A DNA stretch of 64,000 bases. Origin: Gordius albopunctatus (taxonomy: Eukaryota). Positions 1-19,049 of the stretch are shown piece after piece. Below the pieces are notes generated by a model. It saw only the letters and a list, made by a program, of their open reading frames with translations, searched no databases and had not been told where the DNA came from. How positions within the stretch are numbered: the stretch's first letter is position 1; each line of letters opens with the position of its first letter. Location: contig OZ193909.1 in assembly GCA_964276515.1 (NCBI GenBank), positions 6,386,001-6,450,000 of the forward strand. The letters run 5' to 3'. A program made the translations under genes and the position numbers.

Positions 1-61
1 ATCATCATTATATAGTAATTGCATGTTTTTAATGTTTAATTATATCAAATTTTTGAATTAG

Positions 62-316
62 AGCATGCCAAAGGAAAGTGAGGAGTGTAGAGCTGGATGG
101 AGAGAACGAGTTGTGTTCGCCTATAGGATTTAATGAAAGTTAGAATTTAAGCTTAGTTAAAAAATATATAATTGTTGTGAATTTAATTTTTAATTTAAAA
201 ATAAGATTCATAATATAAATAGTATTAACAATTTTAGCATGCCAAGTGGAAAGTGTAGAGCTGGATGGAGACAACGAGTTGTGTTCGTCTATAGGATTTA
301 ATGAAAGTTAGAATCT
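62..316. repeat. Local duplication of an ~85-bp segment (two diverged copies ~175 bp apart)
   Basis: agcatgccaa...gtgtagagctggatggaga.aacgagttgtgttcg.ctataggatttaatgaaagttagaat occurs at ~62-145 and ~237-314. Confidence 0.8.
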
Positions 317-1300
317 AAGGCGCTGCCCCCCTCCCCTAATTAGCCAAATTTGAATACGGAAATTTTTTTTTGGATAGGCGAGACCTTTTTTTTGCTCTAA
401 GGAAAAATTTTAGGATAGCTAATTCAAAAGCTGGCTACGCCCATGGGAGTCAACATGGTAATATATGTAGCGTCCTTAATATAATGACTGGTTAGTACTC
501 GGTATGTGGCCTATATATCTAACCTCAAACCCGGGAACAAATATATTTGCACAAGCATAGGAGTGTTGTAACAACGGCTGGGGTTTTTAGTCAACCTATG
601 TATGGTTCAACTAACACTAATAATAATTGGCTCTATCATATTTTTAAAATTTACAATAAAGTAGGCGACCATTATATTATATTTCGTCGACTCCGACTAA
701 ACAAAAATCAGCCATTTTTTTAACACTAACGCGTAGTAATAAGGGGATATCATATTATGTTGTTCTAATTGCAACCAAGAATTAACATATCTAATTACAT
801 GGACGTATGCAAGCTTTGAATATGGGGGGGGGGGGGGGGTTAGAAATGATTGCTTAAATTAATTTCGATCGATATTTAATTTTTGAATACAGGGGGTAAA
901 TAACAAATGTCACCTTTTTACTATTCTATGCTTAAGGAATTTGATTTGTCATTACTTTTCAATCCTTATCTTGGTGTAAATAACTCTTTGCCGAGCTGGT
1001 TCTAAATTATGTCTTGCTTCGTAATTTATAGAGTTATCCCAAGGGTCACTTAATCAAATTGTAAAAGAACGGTGATAATTTAAATTTTAAACCCAATATC
1101 ACAAATTAAAAATGTTCGTTATAATATAATACATGGGTTGCTCGTTAAATAACTTGTTAGCCACCTACATATATAAAAAACATCTAAAGTGATCGAAATA
1201 GCCTGATGTAATAAAGGAAATTTAAATTCTAAAAATATCGTGAATGCTTCATATAAAAATATGCAATGCTAAAATGAAATAAATGGGCGAGTCAAATTAC

Positions 1301-4300
1301 TTTTTAAAAACTGTGAGTAACGCTGCTTTTGATAAACCGGTGGTAGGAATTTCAGGTAACCGGCAAGTAAAGTAACTTGAGACACTTCGACCAGCGCCTA
1401 AATTGAAGAAAGATGAAACAAAATAGCCTGTAGCTGGATAAAATGTCAATTGCTGTTGTTTTTGCCCCGACAATGAACGGCTCTATTAGAACTTTTTTAA
1501 AAAATAATTGTCGATCCTGGTAGAGGTCAAGCCGGATATAGAAATACAATGATGCGAAATTTACATCTTTAATATACATGAAAACAAATGCTACCATTAC
1601 TTACTTGAATCTCAGGATTTAAATACACAAGGCTCAAACACCTCCCAACTGCTTTGAGGCCGTCAAGAATGGCAAATCGTTAAACATATTAATTTATTTT
1701 ACCCATAACCAAGTGATATTTAGGTTCCACCACTGTGATTATAACCTTTTATGAGGCCTAGAACTAAAATTTTGATCATTTTTACTGACTAAAAATGCAT
1801 AAACTACATTCCTATGCAAGATTAAATAGCCTCACTCAGGAAATTAATATTAAATAATAATTTGTATATAGTCTAAAGTTCAATAATATAATGGAGGAGC
1901 TTTTACGGTTCCAACTAAACTTAGGCTTTTAGGAAGAGTTTTTTTAAATACTTTAGATAAGTGATTCAACTAAATAAATTTACCTTGGTGTAAGTACTTA
2001 TAACGGCGAACAGATCCGATTCCGGCAATGTAAAAGTGGGGGAATTCGGTGTGCCCCTTGTGAAAGCGATTTCTTGGGATCCCTTGATCAATAGCATAGC
2101 CAAATGCGTCATGAACCTCAAACAATGCAAATTGATGTCGAGTTTAATGTCTTCTTCTCGACCCCTTCTACCGCTAGACACTGCCATTTTAGGTGTAATC
2201 GATGCTAAGATGTCCAAACTGGCCGAGTTTAGATATTGTATCAAACCTATATGTAATTATTTGAAGTAGTCAAAATACTAGGGTTATTAAGGTAAGAACG
2301 TCGAAGTTAAAAAGAATTTCTTATATCGCAGTAATTTAAATGTTTACAAATAATGTAGAAAATATTTTAATACATGTTGCAAATATAATTATAATTGGAT
2401 AAAACAAGTACTAAAATGCTAGTCAAAATGTTATGCAACCAAAGTTTTTTTAAAATGCGTCAATGGTAAATAAGCGTAACATGCAATATTCTAAATTAAA
2501 AATTGATTTAATTTTCTTAACAAATTATGTTTTATTAGAATGAGTAAATAGAAATTATTTGCTGTCTTGAAGCTCAAAATTCCAGTAAGAAAGTGCTCGG
2601 CTCCAGTGATTTTTGCCATTTTTCCTCAAATCTTATGATTTTATTTTATAAATTGAGGATCTTTCCAACGAGGTTCTTTACTAGATGTATTAAATACATT
2701 TATAAAATGAAATGGCTTTAATTTTTTAAACATTACAAATTTCTAGAAAAAGCTTAATAATGCCGCAGCAATATGGGATATATTAATTTGTTCTCGTCAA
2801 AATATTACCAACAGTATATTTAACCAAAAAATAATTTCGCACCTATAAAATCGTCCAAAATCAAGAGTGTTACAATATTTCGAAACAATTTATCCACATT
2901 TTGGGGGATTGAGGCAAGGGATACAACGGTGCCCGCTAATTCCACCGCTTCAAACACTTCTTCCAACGTGGCACTAAATTAACAAATATGTAGAGAGAGA
3001 GGAATACACATAAACTATTTTATCCTCCAAAAAATGATATTTTACCGGTCTTGTACCTAAAAACTATCCCAGCCTAAGGATTTTGCTGGAAAAACATTAG
3101 ATAAATTTGATGTAACACAAGCTGGGGGGGGGGAATTAAAATTTATAGGCAGACCCTTTCGTGATAACCTTTACCAAGTATATAAAAATAACATTACATT
3201 AACTAGTAGTAGTAGTAGTACATCATATTAAATAATATGTAACGTTTCTCGTTGTTATTATAAGTCTTGTCCTTGGAATTATAAAAGCTTTCACATGTTC
3301 TTGTCATATTTTCACTTGGCCGTTTAACTTCAAGTATTATAAATGTTTCACAAAAAATAAAGTTATATTATTAATAATGTGTGTGTGTGTATATATATGG
3401 AATACGGTTGGTTCCAAAATTCATTGGGTAGAGTGTGTCCAATTTCACGGGGTTCGTTGGAGAAGTTAGCGTATTTGTCGAGAAAGGATGGGTTATTAGA
3501 CAGGATGCTCTCGACTTTTATTTCTACGAGTGTCTTCAAAACATAACTTGTTAATATTCAAGCAATGATGGATCGTGCCAAAAATGTAATATTTACTCCG
3601 TTTTGCCCGTGTAATTTTTATAAATTAAGGTCAATACAATCGAAACTTCTTAATCGCAAATCGGATTATCGCGGAAACCTTTTAATCGCGAAGTTAACCG
3701 CCATTTTGTTTTTTTAAACGATAATATTAACAAAAACATCGCTTATTGACAAATCGCTTAATAGTACAATATCGAATATTCACAAACATTTTCGAGTCCT
3801 TAAATCAACTAGATAATTATATAAAATATCGTTTTATTGCGAAGCGTAAGAAATAAATATTTAATATAATGTACATATACTTTTATCACTATCGTTTAAT
3901 CGCGAATTTTTTTCCAGGTCCAAGGCTTTGCAATTAAACGGTTTTGACTGTAAATAAATATTCCCTAAATTGATATATTTTAACTTATGGTCGTCACCCA
4001 GTGTTAAATAGGAGTCGCCTCAGCTTCACACAAAAAAGATTATTCTTTTCATGATTCAATTCAAATTCGATTGATGATGCGCATTGCGCAGCGATAAATA
4101 CCTTTGTGTAAGCCCATAATCTATCGTTCCAAGATTGTCGGCACACAGGCAAAACTGCTCGAGTATTTCCGCTCAGCACTCCGTAAATAGCTCGTTCGTA
4201 AGGGTTGGACGTAGGTGAATCGGCATCCTAGTCACATAAAGAGGCAAATAATATTAGCAAACCAATAAGAGGTCTTATTAGACAAAATATCATCATCTAT

Positions 4301-7300
4301 ATGGAAAAACAGATGTATATTTGACTGAATAAAACTTCTAGAATCTTGTCTTACGCAATTTTTTAAAGTTACATATCAAAATAAATGTCCCAAAGTACCC
4401 TTAAAAACGTCTTTATAAAAAGTCCGCATATTTAGCACTGTCTAGCTAGGCACATGGCCAAAAATTTATTTCAAAACCAACAAATCTATCTAATGTTTAA
4501 AATTCGATTTTTTAAGGGTATAAAATAAATTTTTTATCCCAGAAGAAGGGGCCTGTTTAGTCCTAAAGTTTTAAAACCTTTTACCTCTAACATATTATTA
4601 ATCCAGCGAGATCACGAATATATAAGGTTTTTTAGCCTAAAAGCTTGCCATATTTATACATGAAGTGTATTAAAAAATCAAGCCTAAACACGAAAGAACT
4701 ATTAGGACATCTAAACTAAAAGGAGGCATACTCATTATGAAGAAATACCCGCTTTACTACGAGTGGCAACCGCGAATCAAATAATAACTCTAATTTATAA
4801 GTCATCTAATGCAATTTTTAAAATAGAGACTAATTTGGCTAAATTCTTTACTATCTCGTACCGATACCACGATTTTTTAACGATATCGGTTATTAATAGT
4901 ACCGATACTTGAAACTTTTTTTTACAAATATTATATTTGTTAGAGCTGTATATCTATATACTTTTTGAATTAAATTTTACTTAATTGCTCTTAAATCTAA
5001 TATATTTTTTCATTCATTTATTCATTCAAATTTCTACCGCCACATGTAAGTTAGTTCGTATTTATAATTTATAATATAATGTATTTAGGTCTAAATCTAA
5101 AAGCAAGTCATTAATTTGGAATTATTTAAAATAATGTGATCCGTGTTTATTGGAATTAGACCAATATCTCAAAACACCAATTTACAAGGGTAATAGAATC
5201 ATAAACGAAACATCAATGGGATCACATGTAAACCCATTAGAAAATTGGGCAACAAATAGTTCCGATTTAGCAACACTGACCAGAAAATATCTGTTGTCAT
5301 CCGCCACATCTATCCCTTCTGAATCTATTTTTAGTATAACTGGTGATATCGATAATCCACATAGAAGATCTCTTCTACCTGAGACTATCGAAAAATTACT
5401 ATTTATGGAAAAAATTTTGGAATATTTCAAATAAAGCTTTATAAATATTAACAAGTCTAATTTTTATAAGATGTAAAATATGGGTATCGGTATATTTATT
5501 TAAATATCGGTAGTATCGGTATCGGTTAAAAATTGGGTATCGGTGCAGCCCTACTTATGTGGCTCGAAAATGATAACAGACATAATAACGTCGTTTTTGC
5601 TCTTATTGGAGCTCATCAGTATGCCAGTCAATTTTCTCATCACATAGTAATCGAGATAGCTATATATAAGGCCAAATTAGATTGAGTCCACTTTAATGGT
5701 GTTGTGGTGTAATGTCCATTACAAAAAGAGACCCACTTGTCTACACAAGTTCCAGCACACATTTTTCCACAAAATACGGTTTATATTGCCTTCGGGAGTG
5801 TTTGGCATGGTATCCTCTCGCCCAATTCTCCTGTAATTAGGGTCGTGATACAATTTCCAGCCCTCCAAACTGGCTGCCCTCCAGGCCTGCCCACAAGTAA
5901 CGCATAAATCTTGACCCTTCCACACGTACAAATACAATGGTAATAATTTATTTATCTATTAATTTCAAGTATTTACCTCAAAAAGGCATTAATAATTCCA
6001 TATAAACCATATTTTTTTAACGCCAATCACACAACATTCATTTATTTGGTGTAAACTTATGAATTATCATTTTTTAATAATATATTTTTTATTAAATTAA
6101 ACTACAAACAACTATAAAAATCATATGCAAGGTAAACATTCGAAAATTGCGATTTTTTAGAGATCTGCATCATTTTTAGTTAAAATAGTCATTATAGTAC
6201 TACCCAAAACATCCATTTAGGCAATAATATGGCATATAGAGCAATTAAATTAAAATTTATTCGATTTTCAGAATAAGCACACTTAAGGAAATAAATTGGG
6301 AAATTTAAAAGGATTTATCTGCATGTAGAGCCTTGCAAAATGAAATTTCCTCTGCCCAGGCCCAGCCCAAAAGACTTTTTATTTTTGGCCCGACCCAATT
6401 TTTGGAATAAAATTTTTAAAAATTCTCATGTTTAATCAATTGTTTTTGTAATTAAACTTAATGCTTTGTAATAATATTAACAACCATAAAAGAACAAGTA
6501 TAAAACATCCAATGTTAAAAAGTAGAAAAAGAGATTGGTTTGAGTCAAATTAATTAAATCATGTGAATGATTAGATGAGAAAAGATAAGGGGCTAGATAA
6601 AGTTCTGAAATTAACAAATTTGAGAATATGTACTACGTATATTTCATGGTTAAAAATAAAAGTTATACTAGTTATAATAGAGTTTTGAAAGGTTTTGATT
6701 GTATATTACCTTTTGCAATTGGCCTGATCGGATACACATGTATAAACATTGGAGAAATTTATCTTCATAATTCTAAAAAAATTATTGATTTATTTTAAAT
6801 AAATATTTAATTTAAATTATTTTTTATCAAAAATTAGCTTTATATTAACTTTGTCTAAGGGTGCATAGTGCTTCTTTTGTCTATAAGTTACATCAGGATC
6901 CTGAATAAGAATAGAGGCATATTATAGGCTAAATAGTTATAAACAAGCTATGATAATTAAAAATTGCATGCATATAATCAAATTTTACAATATTAGTAAC
7001 AAATGGGGAATCTTTGAGGTGGTTTTGAGAATTGACCTTCAATGATTTTACAGTTTCATCACTATAAAATGTATTATATTACAAGTTTTGATAACACTTA
7101 CAGGAATGAATAGTTGTAATCTTCAACAAATTTAACAGAAACCTGACAATCTTCTAAAGCTAGTTTTTCAAGCCAATCAATCAATATCTAAAGAATATTA
7201 AATAAAGATTAACAAAATTTTTACCTGTGCCTCCCTTAATTTTGAGTCTTTTTCAAAAGATTGATCAATAATTTCTTTAGACGAAACTTGTCTGATATTC

Positions 7301-7792
7301 TATATAAATATTGAAATCATATTATAAACTCAAATAAACATAAGGGACAAATATAGCAATTAAAAAAACAAAAAAATATTTATTTGCAAGCTAAATCAAC
7401 ATATAATTTAACCAACATTTTGATCAATAATGGGAGATTTATCCCTTGATATTTCTCCTTGTATCCTACTAATTAATAAGGATTGCAACAAATTCCATAT
7501 GCTTGCTTCATAGCCCAAAATATCAGCTATTGTTCTTGTTATCTTATAACTAATTGTAATAGATGTAATTTATAATGTTTTACACACCTTTTATCCATGT
7601 GGTTATCTAAGCTATTTTTGTAAATTTCATTTTTTTGTAAACATTCCTAAATATTATAAAAACGTTTTTGACATAATTGGATACCTTTTCATAGTAGGAA
7701 GCCAGATCATAAGAAAGAATTGATTGAAAATCAATTTGTTGTTTGCCAATATTATAAAAACATTGAAAAATATCTTCAGATGTTTCGTCCAT
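1301..7792 (-). CDS. Nup107: Nuclear pore complex protein Nup107 (3' part not found, probably left of the window)
   Basis: Exons on minus strand, all GT-AG and in phase: 7685-7792, 7588-7646, 7417-7549, 7225-7299, 7102-7187, 6989-7061, 6850-6900, 6710-6772, 5737-5916, 4102-4227, 3406-3533, 2843-2973, 1984-2246, 1301-1397. The translation has Nup84/Nup107-family motifs: LREAQ-ILIDWLE, VTNI-DPDV-RQ, CIRSGQ, CGQAWRAASLEGWKLYHDPN, YERAIYGVLSGN, LRFMTHL. Confidence 0.93.
3637..3950. mobile_element. Tc1/mariner (pogo/Tigger-like) MITE in a Nup107 intron
   Basis: TA|CAATCGAAAC...GGTTTTGACTG|TA: imperfect TIRs, TA on both sides, internal repeated AATCGC motifs. Confidence 0.7.
4859..5553 (+). mobile_element. 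Left-truncated hAT transposon with a transposase C-terminal dimerisation-domain remnant
   Basis: Right end ...GGTATCGGTGCAGCCCTA (5553), subterminal ACCGATAC/GTATCGGT repeats. ORF 5150-5434 reads LATLTRKYLLSSATSIPSESIFSITG...RRSLLPETIEKLLFM, matching the hAT dimerisation motif. Confidence 0.85.
5571..5630 (-). ncRNA. Degenerate type I hammerhead-ribozyme-like motif
   Basis: Minus strand reads TGACTGGCATA CTGATGA GCTC-CAATAA-GAGC AAAAACGACGTTA T TATGTCTGTTA. It has the CUGAUGA core, a 4-bp stem II and 10/11 pairing in stem I. GAAA is changed to AAAA and there is one extra nucleotide at the cleavage site. Confidence 0.55.
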
Positions 7793-7872
7793 AAATTTGA
7801 ATTTTGTTACTAGTAATATTGGTTACTTTTAACTAAGACTACTAAAATAAAGCTCTTAAGGAATATATAGAC

Positions 7873-8190
7873 CATAGACTAATCACTAATAAAACCATAG
7901 ACTGCCGAACAGCTGATAATTTTTCAGCAAATATAGCAAGCGCCATTTTGTGAGAAATTGTAACCAAACAATATAATTCAGCATAATTCATTGTTTTAAT
8001 TTACTTATTTTTTTATTAATTTATAAATTAAGCTATTAGTTTTATTTATTTTCTTTAATATTTTATTGTGGGGAAGTATAAATATAACTGTTGTTGACTT
8101 TTTTCTACAATATGGCAGCCATTTTGGTGTATGAATGATTTTAATAATAAAAATCAGGTGTTCGTCAGTCTATGATTTTATTAGTCTATG
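7873..8190. mobile_element. MITE with long imperfect CATAGACT... TIRs, 80 bp upstream of the Nup107 ATG
   Basis: Left end CATAGACTAAT..AAAACCATAGACTGCCGAACAGCTGAT; right end ATCAGGTGTTCGTCAGTCTATGATTTTATTAGTCTATG. A further copy of one end lies at ~26474-26541. No clear TSD. Confidence 0.75.
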
Positions 8191-8839
8191 AGAATATATG
8201 TGTTTCAAAACTTAGATACAAATTAACATCGGCCTGAATTCACGAACAAAAGTAATGACAATTTATGAGTTTATATAAAGGATTTCTTTCAAAACGGTTG
8301 AAAGAGCATATAATAAATGTTCAGGACAGTTCGAAAGCCATATTTAAAGATCTTATTCCAAAAATTTTAAAGCTAAAAGAAGATCCAAAAGTTATTTTCT
8401 GAAAAATAAAATTATTATCTTATTTTCATAGACCTGGTTTTTGAATATAGTCCTAAGTGTGAATTATTGCTAGTTATTTAATATATGTTATTATATTATG
8501 CTCAATACAGGGCAAATAAGGATAAAATAAGCTTTATTGTTAATTATTCTTATATTAAAAATGCCAAAAAAGGGGGCAACATATTTCCCAAAATTTATAT
8601 CTAAATTTAGTTGTTTAAAAAACCAACGTTATCTATGACGGTCCTGAGTTCATATGCAAAAAGAGGAGTTATAATGCGAAAAAACGAGAAAATTCTCGTT
8701 ACGAGTTTGATGTCGAGACGAGACTATACGAATTTTTTTGGCTAGATTTCGCCTTTTTTATTAATCATTAGATTTTCGTAAAATATTTTTAAATTTTAAT
8801 TACATTTAAGGTAATAAATATAAATCAATATGATAGGAA

Positions 8840-8993
8840 TGGTGGCACGTCAACTTGGCGAAAACAATCTCGCCGAATTTACATGGGACATTTTGTGATT
8901 GGTTGCAAGGGGAAAGATTTCAAATTAGGGGACTTTTTTAACCGGGGACATTAAATTCGGCGAGATGGTTTTCGGCGAGTTGATAGGGCACCG
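8840..8993. mobile_element. Short MITE with ~40-bp imperfect TIRs
   Basis: TCAACTTGGCGAAAACAATCTCGCCGAATTTA pairs with TAAATTCGGCGAGATGGTTTTCGGCGAGTTGA. Flanks ataggaa / atagaaa may be a 7-bp TSD. A related copy is at ~46368-46630. Confidence 0.7.
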
Positions 8994-10255
8994 ATAGAAA
9001 TATATTTCATTTATCTACTCTACTATTACCAAAACAACAACACGCACTTAATTACTAGTGTTGAAGAGAAGGGAGGGCGCCCTCATGTCTGGTGTAATTT
9101 GTCAATGTAAAATATAGGGATAATTAAAAAGTGCTAGGATAAAAGAAAATTGTAAATACATTCCTCTCCCCTATATCTACGTATTAAATCTATTAAATAA
9201 AATTTTTACCGACTAATTTGCAAGTTATTGACGTTTGAAAAATGCTAAAATCGCGTTTTTGGCAGCTTTGACAGCGAATATTTAAAAAACTTGACGTATA
9301 GGGGAAAAAATAAAAACATATTTGTGTTCACAGTGAAAACCTCTACCAGAATCTGCAAACAGTTTGCCGGTTGATTTTTCTTGTTAAACCGTGTAATTTA
9401 AAACTACATAAATATATATTCATAAACCAAATAAAAATAAGTTTAAATATGGTTCATTAGCAAAACTATATATTTAACATTAATAGTTTCATAAATCGCA
9501 CTTTAATTTGTCGATTAAATTTTAAACACCTCAATTTTTCTAACTATCACGTCGGATACTAAAATTTGAAACGCGTTCGGGAAGGATTCGGGCAAAAAAT
9601 ATTAAACGCTTACGGGTCGGGTCGAGTTTGGCTGTAAACCTTAAATGCTTTTGGGTTGAAAATTTTTAATGCTTTCGGGTCAGGTCTGTTGGTCCGGTTG
9701 AAAAAAGTAGCTTTGCAGTTCTCTAGGATATAAAAAGGGAGACGAATGATGGAAATTAAAAAGTAGACATGGAGGTACCAGGGAAGAGGATGACCTTGTG
9801 TCAAGTGGACAAAGTTATGAAAGCTAAGAATAAATCAAGACATGGCGGTTCGGAATGATTGTTTTTCATTCGTAAAAGATATAGAGAATAAAATTTTCTA
9901 AAAAGGCCGACCTAAGTCAAAAATATTTTAATTAACCTAATTCCAAATGATCAAATTATTAAAACTAACTTTTAAAAAATCAGCAGAATAAGGTTAACGA
10001 TGCTAAAAGGAATCACATATCTATGAATTAAATCTAGGATCAAAGTATTATCTAAAAAGCAAATTCAAATTAAATTGCGATTTTCTAAAAAAAAGAGCTT
10101 TCTGCGTTAGTTTTCAAATAAACAGTTTTTAGTATTAGCACCTTAAAATAGAAAGATTTTTAAATAAATTACATTATAAATAAAATATAATTTAAGAATG
10201 TCATTGTACATAATTTGTATTAAATTTACACATTAAAAATGGTCAATACAAAAGT

Positions 10256-16416
<6,161 letters not shown>

Positions 16417-17780
16417 GCACCACCAATACAACAAAATTTAAATTTACAATTGAATGCTAAACGGAGACATATGCATTTCAAAACATTTTTGTGACTTCAT
16501 CTTAGTGATGTGTTAAAGAGCGTCATTTGTGACCAGGGCTTTAAAAGGAGTAAACAAACTAAGTACCCACACCTTTTACTTTATTATTACATATCAATTT
16601 ACCTATAATCATAACTATAAAGATCATTCACAAATATCTTTATTTTTATCTAACTTCACTCTATAAACTTTAATTTATGTTTATTAAAAATCAGACAATA
16701 TTGTTTTTAAAGATTGTATTGTTTTAAACGTGGCAAAAAACATTAATTTACTTAAGATTTAAAGGAGTTCTTAAAATCTTTGACTTTATTTTGTTAAAGT
16801 TATCCTTATTTTTCTCATGTCAATATTAAAAAGAAATATGTGACTTAACAATTTTTTAATTGTCTGGTTTTATAGGAATAAAATTAAAAATAAGCCTATC
16901 TTTACAAGGCTTAAACTTAAAATATCTCTTCGTTAGATAATTATTGCCTCTAGGTATAACGTCCTAATTTTAATCCTAGTGTAATAAGCTGCCGTCGTTT
17001 ATTATGTAACTCCTATATTCCTTGTACCATGCATTCATAACTTACTTCCTCGATTCATTATTCAACAACCATTATCATCGCTACTTTATTTCAGCTCGCT
17101 TATTCTAAATAGTTTGTGTTCGCGATTCATTTAAATAAACTAATTCATATTCAACAAATCTCAATAACATCCAAAAATGACAAAAACCACCCTAAGCCTA
17201 GTTCACCAAACTAGCTACACCCTTTTCTTTTGTTATGCTTTTAGGCCTTAGATATCAAACCCTCTATTAACTAAAGTCGATTATTTTTATCTTAAAACCA
17301 ATACCGAGTTTATAACAATATTTATTTTAGTAAAATTTCCTATGCTTGTATTTAACATAAAAATTCTTCACCAGACGTCATTTTAACTTCTATCTTAATT
17401 TTTTTTATATAAATAAGAAAATAAACATTCCAGAAAATTATATTTTTCAAATTTGAACAATACTTTCTAAAATCTAATTTGCCATGTATAACTAATATTA
17501 AAAATTTTGATCCAAATGCCCATACCCCATTTCTTTTAGCTTTATTTACATCTATACAATTATTTTCCCTATATAAATCTTACTTTCCTGAATTTATAAG
17601 GATAACTATGTTCATTTAATTCATAAATTTGTTGTTGAACTGTTTCAAAAGAAGCAAAGTTAATGCTTGTTTCGACATGCCCAATGTCATTATACTTGTC
17701 ACATTACTCCTCCTTGCTCGTAACCTTCTTGATCTTTGTTAAATTAAAATATCATTGAGTTTTTTTTGCATCTAACCAAT

Positions 17781-18300
17781 TGTGGTGTCCTTCCACCAGA
17801 GAATTTATATATTCATTCACCTTCCCCCCCCACACATGCTACGATTTTTATTATATGCATCTTTATTGTGTTCACCCTAAGCTGCGATTTTTATTACTTA
17901 TCTTTCTCGATTTTAATCGTGTCGATTTTACTTTACGCGTATTTAGGATGACTGATGAGTCATGATGATTGTTAATACCTCTAGGATAAATATAGATTGT
18001 TAATATCTCTATCGATAGTTAATTAATTAATTCACTTTTTTATTTTCGCTTTTTTCTTACAAAAAAAATATATTATACGAAAATGTAACCATACAAAAAG
18101 AGAAATCAATAAATATTATTTCGCGGTAAGGACGCGCGGACGCGTACCTTTATAATATATATTATTCGTTCGCTGAGTGATAATCGATTATAAGTCTAAA
18201 TAAATACTTTTCCTCGATTATTACAATATATACTTCTAAACTTTTTTTATTTAAATCGTGTTCCCGCGGTTCTGGGAACGCGTTGTTGGTGTCAGAATTC
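17781..18300 (+). mobile_element. LTR-like sequence followed by a putative primer-binding site
   Basis: Starts TGTGGTGTCCTT.CACC.GAGAATTTATATATTCAT like the solo LTR at 23473. TGGTGTCAGAA (PBS-like) at ~18287. No clean CA end identified. Confidence 0.55.
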
Positions 18301-19049
18301 GTGGAGATGATACACGCCATCATGCGAAATCCCAATATCCTCATTCCGAGTGTCGGCCAAAGAAAAATATAGGCACGCCAAGAGAAACAAATCGGTAAAA
18401 GAGCATATACCCATCCACACTTACGCTTTTTAAAAAAACGTTATTGCTTTTGTAAGAACTTAAAGATATATGTTTACAAAAATTTGTTATATTTATTTTC
18501 AACACCTTATGGCGTTTTCTTTATTATTAATTGGGGGTCGGCTCTTAATTAAGCAGTGCTTTTATAAAATTAGGAAGGGGCGGCACGAGAAATCATAAAA
18601 TCTAAAATAGCACGTTAAAGTATAGGTATAAAATAAAAGACTTTGGGATTTGAACCTTGTTTCCACCAACTATCTTTACAATCAATCAAGCATACATCAA
18701 AGACAATTCATTGCACAACTTCATATAACAATCATCTATATCCCAATATCTATTCTTTTATATCCATCCACTAATTCCAATTTAAGAGATATCACAGTTT
18801 AAGCAGCCTGATTAATCTTGAACATATATAACCAGCTTTAAAAGATTAATAAATATTCTATTATCCATGCCTATATAACAATTGCAAGTATAAATTTTTT
18901 TTGACGAAATGATTATCATAACATAAACTAAATGATGCATACTTAAAATATTCTGCACAATGTAGCCATTGTCCAACTGGAATTTATTTTTTCAGTAATT
19001 TAGCTTTAAAGTTTACAGAATATGCTTTAAAATATTCTCGTGGTTAACC

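Noticed and set aside
1352..1597. 81-aa ORF as a Nup107 exon
   Set aside because: The Nup107-like peptide (ALVEVSQ...YSQFLK) is in another frame at 1301-1397; the listed ORF is mostly intron.
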